A stretch of 64,000 nt of DNA, taken from positions 34,439 to 98,438 of the forward strand of contig CAADTT010000136.1 in assembly GCA_900752065.1 (NCBI GenBank), written 5' to 3'. Origin of the DNA: Lachnospiraceae bacterium (GTDB lineage Bacteria > Bacillota > Clostridia > Lachnospirales > Lachnospiraceae). Position numbers and translations under genes: made by a program. Positions 56,552 through 64,000 of the stretch are shown piece by piece (within the stretch, counting starts at the first letter, position 1; the number at the start of each line of letters is the position of its first letter). The notes beneath the pieces are model-generated. The model searched no databases, was not told where the DNA came from, and saw only the letters and a program-made list of their open reading frames with translations.

Positions 56552-59500
56552 AAAAGAATATGTACGGATTTTAGATTCTCTTCCAGTGACAGGCGTTTAT
56601 GTCATAACGGAGGACAATCATGAAATTCAATATTATAACAAGCGGGTCAGGGAGGTTGCCCCGGAGGTACGCCGGGGTGACATCTGCCATGAATTGTGGA
56701 AAGGCGTCTGTGCCAACTGTCCCCTGAAAAGTATAGGAGATAAAAAGCAGGCACGCACGATCAATTATGATAATCCGTTTGGAGAGGTAGTTGAAATCGT
56801 GGCATCACGGATTTTATGGGAAGATCGTATCCCTGCCTTTTTAATTACCGTATCCCCTCACGAAGAAGTGGCTGACGTTACTTACTACCGGGTGCTGCGG
56901 GTCAATCTGACGAAAAACACTTTTCATGTGGTACATGGCACCAGAGATGGATTTCGGGTGATGGAGGAGGAACAGAGCCCCCTGTCATCCTGGTTGCAAA
57001 GCCTGCTGCGGAAGGGATATATTCATGAAGAGGATGAACAGTGCTTTCTGGAATTTATCCAGCTTGACAATCTTCGCGGCAGACTGAAAGACAGACCCGG
57101 AGGAAACCGATGCATTTACAGATACAGGAGCGGAAATGAATTCCGCTGGCATATCATGGAGATTGTTGCAGATTTTAATTACTGTGATGAAGAACAGACT
57201 GCCATGATCTATGTAAAGGATGTCCACGACGCTTTCAAAGAAAGTGTCAGAAGAGAAGAAATCAATATCAAAGGCCAGGAAATTATTGATGCTCTGGGTG
57301 AAATGAATCTTGGAATCTATATTGTCGATCTTCAGACTGGAATCGCGAATGTGATAAAGACAACGGAAGTCGCTAAAAAGGCCATCCATTCAGATAATTT
57401 CCTGTGGGATGATATTGTGGAGGCTTTGGGAAGAACCTGTACAGCCGTGGAATTTCAGGATGAATTTAAGGCAAAATATTCCTGTGAGGCCATGCGCCAG
57501 GCATGGAAAAACGGTGAGAAGAAAAAGATGTTCATTTACCGGGCCAGGATCGGAGAGAACTGGCGCTACGTTTCTGCAACCGGATATTTTAAGAAAAATA
57601 GAAGCGGCAGGGGCTATGCCATCCTTACTTTTCAGGATGTGGATGACCGTACCCGTGAAAATATGCTGCGTATCCAGAACGACAGGCGCATGGCTGCCCT
57701 GATCAAATCCAGATACGATGTCATTAATACAGTGGATCTGGAGTCGGGCCACTGTGAGCGTGTTCATATACGGGATGGCATTTTGCAGGAGCGGCTGGAG
57801 GGAGACTACAGTTGCTATATTCAAAAAGCGCTGGATATGCACATAGCTGAGGAGGATCGGGAGAATTTCAACAATGCGTTTCTGCTGGAAAATCTCAGAA
57901 AACGTGCAGAAGATGTGGAGGATTATAAGGAAGAAATTTTTCAATACCGTTTCCGTGAGGGTGCTGTCCGGTGGGTCGAGGATCGTGTGATGTACATTCG
58001 CCAGGGAAGCCAGATAACAGTGAATATTCTGGGGCGCGACATCACAAAGAATAAGGAGGCAGAGGAAGCAGCGAAGAAGGCATTTAATGAGAAGGTATCT
58101 ATCATCAATACCCTGAGCGGTATGTTTTTCGCCTCTTACTACGTGGATCTGGAACAGGACTGCTTCCGCTCTGTGACCCAGGAGGGGAAGGCTGAACAGA
58201 TGCTGGGAGAAGCACAGAACTACAGCAATGGAATCCGGGCCTATGCAGAGCATTTCATCCATCCGGATGACCGTGCAGACTTTATCCTTTACATGGACCG
58301 TCAGAATCTTTTAAATGCGCTTAGCCCGGAGAATCCTTACATCGCCTTTGAATACCGGAAGATGCCTGAAAATGGACAGAAAAGAGCATGGATACGAGCT
58401 ACCGCGGCGCTGGCTGAGACATCTCCTGACGGACGGCCGAGACGCATCGTATATGTGGCGCAGGATATCACAGAGAGCAAGCTGCGGGAAGAGCAGGAAC
58501 AGCTTGCCCTTGAAGCGGCATGTGAAGCGGCAAACCGTGCCAATGCTGCAAAGAGTGAATTCCTGTCCCGTATGAGCCACGATATCCGGACGCCGTTGAA
58601 CGCGATCATCGGCATGACAGCTATTGCCGGAAGATATCTGGATAATCAGGAGCGCGTAGCCGACTGTCTGGGAAAAATCGTTACTTCCAGCCGCCATCTT
58701 CTGTCTCTGATCAATGAAGTTCTGGATATGAGCAAGATCGAATCAGGAAAGATGGAACTGACAGAAGAAGAGGTCGATCTGTCGGAGCTGGTGAGCAGTC
58801 TGGTAACGATGATGCGGCCGTCTATAGAAGAGAAAAACCATCAATTTGAGGTACATATTTCCAACCTGAAAACAGAGCATGTTATCGGTGACTCGATACG
58901 TTTGCAGCAGGTGTTTATAAATATCCTGGGAAATGCCATCAAATATACGCCCCCCGGAGGAAAAATAGAAATGGAAATCCGGGAAAAGCCATCTTCCTCC
59001 TACGGTTATAGCTGTTTTGAATTTGTATTTCGTGATACGGGGATCGGCATGAGCCGGGAGTTCCAGAAGAAACTCTTTGAGCCGTTTACCCGTGCGGAGG
59101 ACTCCAGAATCAGCACCACCGAGGGAACCGGGCTGGGCATGACCATTGCCCGGAATATCGCCCGCATGATGGACGGAAGTATTGAGGTGGAAAGTGAACC
59201 GGGCAGGGGAACACAGTTTACCGTTACTCTTATGCTTAAAAAATATGACGCAGATGAACCGGACTTAAAGCAGCTTATGGATCTTCCTGTACTGGTGGCA
59301 GATGATGATGAGACAGCCGGGCAGATGGCGTGCCTGATGCTGGACAATATTGGCATGAAGAGCGAATACGTCACAAATGGGGCCGATGCCGTGGAGCGTG
59401 TCTTTATCCATCATCAGTCCGGTGATGATTACTTTGCGGTAATTCTGGACTGGAAAATGCCGGATATGGATGGAATCGAGACGGCAAGGGCAATCCGGGC

Positions 59501-60083
59501 GCAAGTTGGACCGGATGTGCCGATCATTATTCTTTCTGCCTACGACTGGAGCAGTGTAGAAGAGGAAGCACGGGATGCAGGCGTCAATGGGTTTATCGCA
59601 AAGCCGCTGTTCCGTTCACGCCTTGTCTATCTGTTCAGCCAGTTTACTGACAGGGAGAAATTCTCTGAGGAGTCGGATAAAGACAGAAAAACCGAGACTT
59701 CTTTGGCAGAAAAGAGGATTCTTCTGGTGGAGGATAATGCGCTGAACCGTGAAATTGCGGAAGAGATGATCTATCAGCTCGGAGCCAGCGTGGAAACTGC
59801 GAAAAACGGGAAGGAAGCAGTAGAGAAATTCGAGCAGATGGAAGAAGGATATTATGATATGATTGTTATGGATATCCAAATGCCTGTCATGAATGGTTAT
59901 GAGGCTTCACGGACGATCCGGAGTCTGCCGCGTCCGGATGCGGCAGAGATTCCGATTGTTGCCATGACAGCCAATGCCTTTGCAGAAGATATGATCCAGA
60001 GCCGGAATGCCGGGATGAATGAGCATCTCACGAAACCTCTTGGCATCGAAGATCTGGAAAAATGCATACGGCGCTGGACTTAA
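56496..60083 (+). CDS. cytoplasmic multi-PAS hybrid sensor histidine kinase with N-terminal Cys cluster and two receiver domains
   Basis: C-x8-C-x2-C cluster ([12 protein letters not shown]); PAS-like repeats; H-box [11 protein letters not shown]; GTGLGMTI; two REC domains. Start is uncertain: an in-frame GTG at 56544 overlaps the upstream stop. Confidence 0.8.
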   Translation: MQGFWKASGKKGRRIAVNEKEYVRILDSLPVTGVYVITEDNHEIQYYNKRVREVAPEVRRGDICHELWKGVCANCPLKSIGDKKQARTINYDNPFGEVVEIVASRILWEDRIPAFLITVSPHEEVADVTYYRVLRVNLTKNTFHVVHGTRDGFRVMEEEQSPLSSWLQSLLRKGYIHEEDEQCFLEFIQLDNLRGRLKDRPGGNRCIYRYRSGNEFRWHIMEIVADFNYCDEEQTAMIYVKDVHDAFKESVRREEINIKGQEIIDALGEMNLGIYIVDLQTGIANVIKTTEVAKKAIHSDNFLWDDIVEALGRTCTAVEFQDEFKAKYSCEAMRQAWKNGEKKKMFIYRARIGENWRYVSATGYFKKNRSGRGYAILTFQDVDDRTRENMLRIQNDRRMAALIKSRYDVINTVDLESGHCERVHIRDGILQERLEGDYSCYIQKALDMHIAEEDRENFNNAFLLENLRKRAEDVEDYKEEIFQYRFREGAVRWVEDRVMYIRQGSQITVNILGRDITKNKEAEEAAKKAFNEKVSIINTLSGMFFASYYVDLEQDCFRSVTQEGKAEQMLGEAQNYSNGIRAYAEHFIHPDDRADFILYMDRQNLLNALSPENPYIAFEYRKMPENGQKRAWIRATAALAETSPDGRPRRIVYVAQDITESKLREEQEQLALEAACEAANRANAAKSEFLSRMSHDIRTPLNAIIGMTAIAGRYLDNQERVADCLGKIVTSSRHLLSLINEVLDMSKIESGKMELTEEEVDLSELVSSLVTMMRPSIEEKNHQFEVHISNLKTEHVIGDSIRLQQVFINILGNAIKYTPPGGKIEMEIREKPSSSYGYSCFEFVFRDTGIGMSREFQKKLFEPFTRAEDSRISTTEGTGLGMTIARNIARMMDGSIEVESEPGRGTQFTVTLMLKKYDADEPDLKQLMDLPVLVADDDETAGQMACLMLDNIGMKSEYVTNGADAVERVFIHHQSGDDYFAVILDWKMPDMDGIETARAIRAQVGPDVPIIILSAYDWSSVEEEARDAGVNGFIAKPLFRSRLVYLFSQFTDREKFSEESDKDRKTETSLAEKRILLVEDNALNREIAEEMIYQLGASVETAKNGKEAVEKFEQMEEGYYDMIVMDIQMPVMNGYEASRTIRSLPRPDAAEIPIVAMTANAFAEDMIQSRNAGMNEHLTKPLGIEDLEKCIRRWT

Positions 60084-60098
60084 TATCTATAAAAATAA

Positions 60099-60166
60099 AA
60101 AAGAGTATTTCCACAGGGATCAGGGATTTAAATTACATGTTCTCCTGATGGGAATACTCTTTTTCC
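60099..60166 (+). terminator. long-stem intrinsic terminator
   Basis: AAGAGTATTCC...GGAATACTCTT followed by TTTT. Confidence 0.75.
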
Positions 60167-60311
60167 AGTTACAACTCATCCAGGAGGACGATTTTTTTCG
60201 CCATATTTCCGTTGCTGAAATCTGCTTTTTATGATAAAGTGCTTATGTTGGAAATTTATGCGAAGTTTACAGCCGCCGGCTGTACAATCTATATATTAAA
60301 AGGATGATGGA

Positions 60312-62171
60312 ATGAGAAAATTAGCATTAGACGAAGAAATTCTGTTACAGATCGAGAAGCCTGCCCGGTACATCGGCAACGAGGTGAATTCGGTCATGAA
60401 AGATAAGGACAAGGTGGATATCCGTTTCTGCATGTGCTTTCCGGATGTGTATGAGATCGGCATGTCCCACCTGGGAATACAGATCCTCTATGATATGTTT
60501 AACCGCCGGGAAGATATCTGGTGTGAGAGAGTTTATTCTCCCTGGACGGATTTGGACAAGATCATGCGGGAAAAGAAGATTCCGCTGTTTGCGCTGGAAT
60601 CCCAGGATCCGTTGAAAAAGTTTGATTTTATCGGAATTACAATCCAGTATGAGATGTGTTATACAAATATCCTGCAGGTGTTGGATCTTAGCGGAATTCC
60701 GCTTCTGGCAAAAGACCGGACAGAGGAGGATCCAATCATCATAGGCGGAGGCCCCTGCACCTATAATCCGGAACCGCTGGCGGATTTTTTTGATGTGTTT
60801 TATATCGGTGAGGGGGAAACGGTGTACTTCCGGTTGATGGATCTCTACAAAGAGTATCGGGATCAGAAGCTCGGGAGAAAGGCATTTCTCCATGAAGCGG
60901 CAAAGCTGCCGGGAATTTATGTGCCTTCTCTTTATCAGGTGTCCTATCAGGAGGATGGAACCATTGCTGCTTTTGAACCCGTATGTGAAGATATCCCAGC
61001 CACGATTGAAAAACAGATCGTCATGGATGTGACAGACACTTATTATCCCAAAAAGCCTGTAGTTCCTTTTATTAAGGTAACGCAGGACAGAGTCGTTCTG
61101 GAAATTCAGCGCGGCTGTATCCGGGGGTGCCGTTTCTGTCAGGCAGGGATGCTTTACCGCCCTCTCAGGGAGCGGAAGCTTTCTATGCTGAAAGAGTATG
61201 CCAAAGCTATGTTAAAAAGTACGGGGCACGAGGAGATTTCCCTGAGCTCTTTAAGCTCCAGCGATTATTCTGAGCTGGAGGGCATTGTGAATTTCCTGAT
61301 TGATGAGTTTAAGGGGCAGGGAGTCAATATTTCTCTGCCGTCCCTGCGGATCGACGCCTTCTCCCTGGATGTCATGAGCAAGGTACAGGATGTGAGAAAG
61401 AGCAGCCTGACCTTCGCACCGGAGGCAGGCTCCCAGAGGCTTCGTGATGTCATCAATAAGGGACTGACGGAAGAGGTGATTCTGGAGGGCGCAGGACAGG
61501 CTTTTGAGGGCGGCTGGAACAGGGTGAAGCTTTACTTTATGCTGGGACTGCCTACGGAGACAGAGGAGGATATGAAAGATATCGCTCATCTGGCAGAGAA
61601 GATCGCAAAGCGCTACTATGAGATTCCGAAGGATCAGCGGAACGGGAAATGCCAGATTACCGTGAGCACTTCCTTCTTTGTGCCGAAGCCCTTTACGCCG
61701 TTCCAGTGGGTTCCCATGAACACCAAGGAAGAATTTCTGGCAAAAGCAAAGATCGTAAATCAGGAGGTAAAGGAGCAGCTCAATAAAAAGAGCATCAAAT
61801 ACAACTGGCATGAGGCCGACGTCTCTGTGCTGGAGGGCATTCTGGCAAGAGGCGACAGAAAAGTGGGAGCATCCATTCTTCGTGCTTATGAAAAGGGCTC
61901 TCTCTATGATGCCTGGGGCGAGAATTTTGACAATGATCTGTGGATGTCCGCCTTTGCAGAGACGGGGGTAGATCCTGATTTTTATACCTGCCGTACCCGT
62001 GATAAGGCGGAAATCCTTCCATGGGATTTTATCAATATCGGAGTGACGAAGAAATTTCTCTGGCGGGAATGGGAAAACGCCCAGGCAGAGTCGGTGACGA
62101 AGAACTGCCGTATGGGATGCTCCGGCTGCGGAGCGAAGGCTTATGGAGGAGGTGTCTGCTATGAAGGTTAG
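60312..62171 (+). CDS. TIGR03960-like B12-binding-domain radical SAM protein
   Basis: N-terminal B12-binding-like region; radical SAM cluster CIRGCRFC. Length 619 aa. Confidence 0.8.
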   Translation: MRKLALDEEILLQIEKPARYIGNEVNSVMKDKDKVDIRFCMCFPDVYEIGMSHLGIQILYDMFNRREDIWCERVYSPWTDLDKIMREKKIPLFALESQDPLKKFDFIGITIQYEMCYTNILQVLDLSGIPLLAKDRTEEDPIIIGGGPCTYNPEPLADFFDVFYIGEGETVYFRLMDLYKEYRDQKLGRKAFLHEAAKLPGIYVPSLYQVSYQEDGTIAAFEPVCEDIPATIEKQIVMDVTDTYYPKKPVVPFIKVTQDRVVLEIQRGCIRGCRFCQAGMLYRPLRERKLSMLKEYAKAMLKSTGHEEISLSSLSSSDYSELEGIVNFLIDEFKGQGVNISLPSLRIDAFSLDVMSKVQDVRKSSLTFAPEAGSQRLRDVINKGLTEEVILEGAGQAFEGGWNRVKLYFMLGLPTETEEDMKDIAHLAEKIAKRYYEIPKDQRNGKCQITVSTSFFVPKPFTPFQWVPMNTKEEFLAKAKIVNQEVKEQLNKKSIKYNWHEADVSVLEGILARGDRKVGASILRAYEKGSLYDAWGENFDNDLWMSAFAETGVDPDFYTCRTRDKAEILPWDFINIGVTKKFLWREWENAQAESVTKNCRMGCSGCGAKAYGGGVCYEG

Positions 62172-62853
62172 AGTGAAATTCTCCAAGCATGGAGTTATGA
62201 AGTTTATCGGTCATCTGGATATCATGCGCTACTTCCAGAAAGCCATCCGCAGGGCGGAAATCCCAATCTGTTTCACAGAAGGGTTCAGCCCCCATATGAT
62301 CATGTCCTTCGCCTCCCCTCTGGGGGTGGGACTGACCAGCGACGGGGAATATATGGATATTGAGGTAAAGGAATCCATCCCGTCAAAAGAGGCGGTGGAG
62401 CGCCTGAACCGTGTGATGGTGGAGGGGATGAAGGTCATAAGCTACCGGCAGATTCCGGATGGGAAAGCGAGCAATGCCATGTCCCTGGTGGCCTATGCCG
62501 ATTATACTGTGACATTCCGAGAGGGGAAGGAACCTGCCCCGGACTGGAGGGAAAGGCTGGCGGACTTTGCAGCGCAGCCCTCTCTTATGATTACAAAAAA
62601 AACGAAAAAAAGTGAAAAAGAAGTAGATATCAGGCCCATGATCCATGAACTTTGCCTGCTGGAAAACGGCGGGATCTTCATGCGGCTGTCTTCTGGCAGC
62701 GCAAGCAACCTGAAGCCGGAGCTTGTGATGGAGGCGTTTATTTCTTATCTGGGGGAGGCATCCGAGCCATTTGCCCTGTTGGTGAACCGGATGGAGCTGT
62801 ATGATGAGCATATGGTATCACTGGAAGAACTGGGGGAAGACATTGGAGAATAA
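62161..62853 (+). CDS. TIGR03936/DUF2344-like radical-SAM-associated protein
   Basis: MKVRVKFSKHGVMKFIGHLDIMRYFQKAIRRAEIP; overlaps the upstream gene by 11 nt. The longer ORF from 62143 is rejected. Confidence 0.75.
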   Translation: MKVRVKFSKHGVMKFIGHLDIMRYFQKAIRRAEIPICFTEGFSPHMIMSFASPLGVGLTSDGEYMDIEVKESIPSKEAVERLNRVMVEGMKVISYRQIPDGKASNAMSLVAYADYTVTFREGKEPAPDWRERLADFAAQPSLMITKKTKKSEKEVDIRPMIHELCLLENGGIFMRLSSGSASNLKPELVMEAFISYLGEASEPFALLVNRMELYDEHMVSLEELGEDIGE

Positions 62854-64000
62854 GCTGATCATCGTCCGGGAGGACAAAAAAATTATGGCGTATCTTCTGG
62901 AAAAAGGGCGGGTATGTTCGATATCCTGCTATCATCCGGAAGCCCCTTCCCTTCTGGGAAATATTTATGTGGGACGGGTTCAGAAGATCGTAAAAAATAT
63001 TGGCGCTGCTTTTATCGAGATTGAAAAGGGGTTTCCCTGTTACTATCCTCTGGATGATTGTAAACATCCGATCTATACAAAAAAAATAAATTCTCCAGCT
63101 ATGGCAGCCGGAGATGAGGTTCTGGTTCAGGTAAAAAGGGAGGCTCTGAAAACAAAACCGCCTGCCCTGACTGCAAATTTAAACTTTACCGGGAAATATC
63201 TGGTGCTGACGACCGGAGACTGCCGAATCGGCGCTTCTGCAAAGCTGGATGCAGAGACAAAGGAACGCCTGAAAGCACTGGTCTCTGACGCTGCCGGCGG
63301 CAGATACGGTTTTATTATCCGCACGAATGCGGGACATGCCCCAGACAAAGAGATTTTAAAGGAGGCAGGGGAATTGATTTCTCTCTGCGAATCTATCACT
63401 GAGAGGGCGAAATACAGAAGCTGTTTCACACGGATGTACCAGCTTCCGGCTCCCTGGCTTTCTCTGCTGCGGGATACCTGTGACAGAGAACTGTCGGTGG
63501 TAACGGATGACAGAGAACTTTACGGACAGATGGAAGATTATCTGCGCTCTGCCCATCCGGAGGATCTGTCCAGACTCTCCCTTTATGAGGATGACCTGCT
63601 GCCGCTCTCAAAACTTTACAGTCTGGAAAGGGAGCTTAGAGAAGCTTTGAGCGAACGTGTCTGGCTGAAGTCCGGCGCTTACCTTGTGATACAGCCCACG
63701 GAGGCTTTGACGGTGATCGATGTAAATACAGGAAAATACGAAAGCAAAAAGAAAAAGCAGGATACGTTTTTAAAGATTAATCTGGAGGCTGCATGGGAGA
63801 TCGCCAGACAGCTCCGGCTCAGAAATATCTCAGGGATCATTCTTGTTGATTTTATCAATATGGATGCAGAGGAGGATAAGGAAGTCCTGAAAAAGACCCT
63901 GGCGGATGCGCTTCACAGGGATCCCATCAAGGCATTGCTGGTTGATCTGACAGCTCTGAACCTTGTGGAGATTACCCGCAAAAAGGTGCGGAAGCCTCTG
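62843..64000 (+). CDS. rng: Rne/Rng family ribonuclease (RNase G-like), 3'-partial
   Basis: A TTG start lies 8 nt after GGGGGAAG. The N-terminus (LIIVREDKKIMAYLLEKGRV) carries an S1 domain. Downstream DVNTGKY...ILVDFINMD matches the RNase E/G catalytic core. The gene runs off the window end. Confidence 0.8.
   Translation, partial: MENKLIIVREDKKIMAYLLEKGRVCSISCYHPEAPSLLGNIYVGRVQKIVKNIGAAFIEIEKGFPCYYPLDDCKHPIYTKKINSPAMAAGDEVLVQVKREALKTKPPALTANLNFTGKYLVLTTGDCRIGASAKLDAETKERLKALVSDAAGGRYGFIIRTNAGHAPDKEILKEAGELISLCESITERAKYRSCFTRMYQLPAPWLSLLRDTCDRELSVVTDDRELYGQMEDYLRSAHPEDLSRLSLYEDDLLPLSKLYSLERELREALSERVWLKSGAYLVIQPTEALTVIDVNTGKYESKKKKQDTFLKINLEAAWEIARQLRLRNISGIILVDFINMDAEEDKEVLKKTLADALHRDPIKALLVDLTALNLVEITRKKVRKPL

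Noticed and set aside
1-64000. mobile element, prophage or genomic island
   Set aside because: There are no integrase, transposase, recombinase or phage structural genes and no tRNA or attachment-like repeats. The gene content is housekeeping with conserved Firmicutes synteny (rpmB-asp23-yloV-recG; rsmD-coaD-ylbJ).

Overview
This 64 kb window looks like chromosomal DNA from a spore-forming Clostridia (Lachnospiraceae-like) organism at roughly 50% GC. It is densely coding, with no transposase, integrase, CRISPR array or rRNA/tRNA genes. Gene order from the start: a 5'-partial U32 peptidase; a SEDS protein plus class B penicillin-binding protein; a NUDIX hydrolase; a two-domain polyphosphate kinase 2 (PPK2); a sporulation ytfI/ytfJ-like pair; the conserved rpmB(-) / asp23 / DAK2(yloV) / recG block; a strongly structured roughly 230-nt leader in front of a lysine-rich DUF6465-like protein; a 1,507-aa secreted multidomain GH33 sialidase; an alpha/beta-type small acid-soluble spore protein (-); mgsA; a complete Pho supercluster (Na/Pi cotransporter, phoP-phoR-like two-component system, pstSCAB, phoU); rsmD-coaD-ylbJ(-); an M23 peptidase; a small alarmone synthetase; several rRNA modification enzymes (RsmF-like, RsuA-like, RluA family) together with a YgiQ radical-SAM/SDR/membrane trio; recU; a his operon (hisZGDB plus a HisA/F-like::HisIE fusion) driven by a perfect-consensus sigmaA promoter; a cell-wall-binding phosphodiester glycosidase; a divergent TlpA-thioredoxin / CD1871A-like CXXC mini-protein / membrane 4Fe-4S trio (-); an apparent operon encoding a DivIVA-domain tandem-repeat coiled-coil protein, a REC-HD-GYP regulator, a free Hpt and two hybrid histidine kinases; and finally a TIGR03960/TIGR03936-like radical-SAM pair directly upstream of a 3'-partial RNase G/E gene. 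The strongest candidates for something undescribed are the DivIVA/phosphorelay/c-di-GMP locus at 51.3-60.1 kb, the thioredoxin-CXXC-ferredoxin membrane trio at 49.0-50.8 kb, the structured leader RNA at 14.7-14.9 kb, and the terminator-containing leader in front of PPK2. All calls were made by eye from sequence motifs and gene order; no database searches were run.
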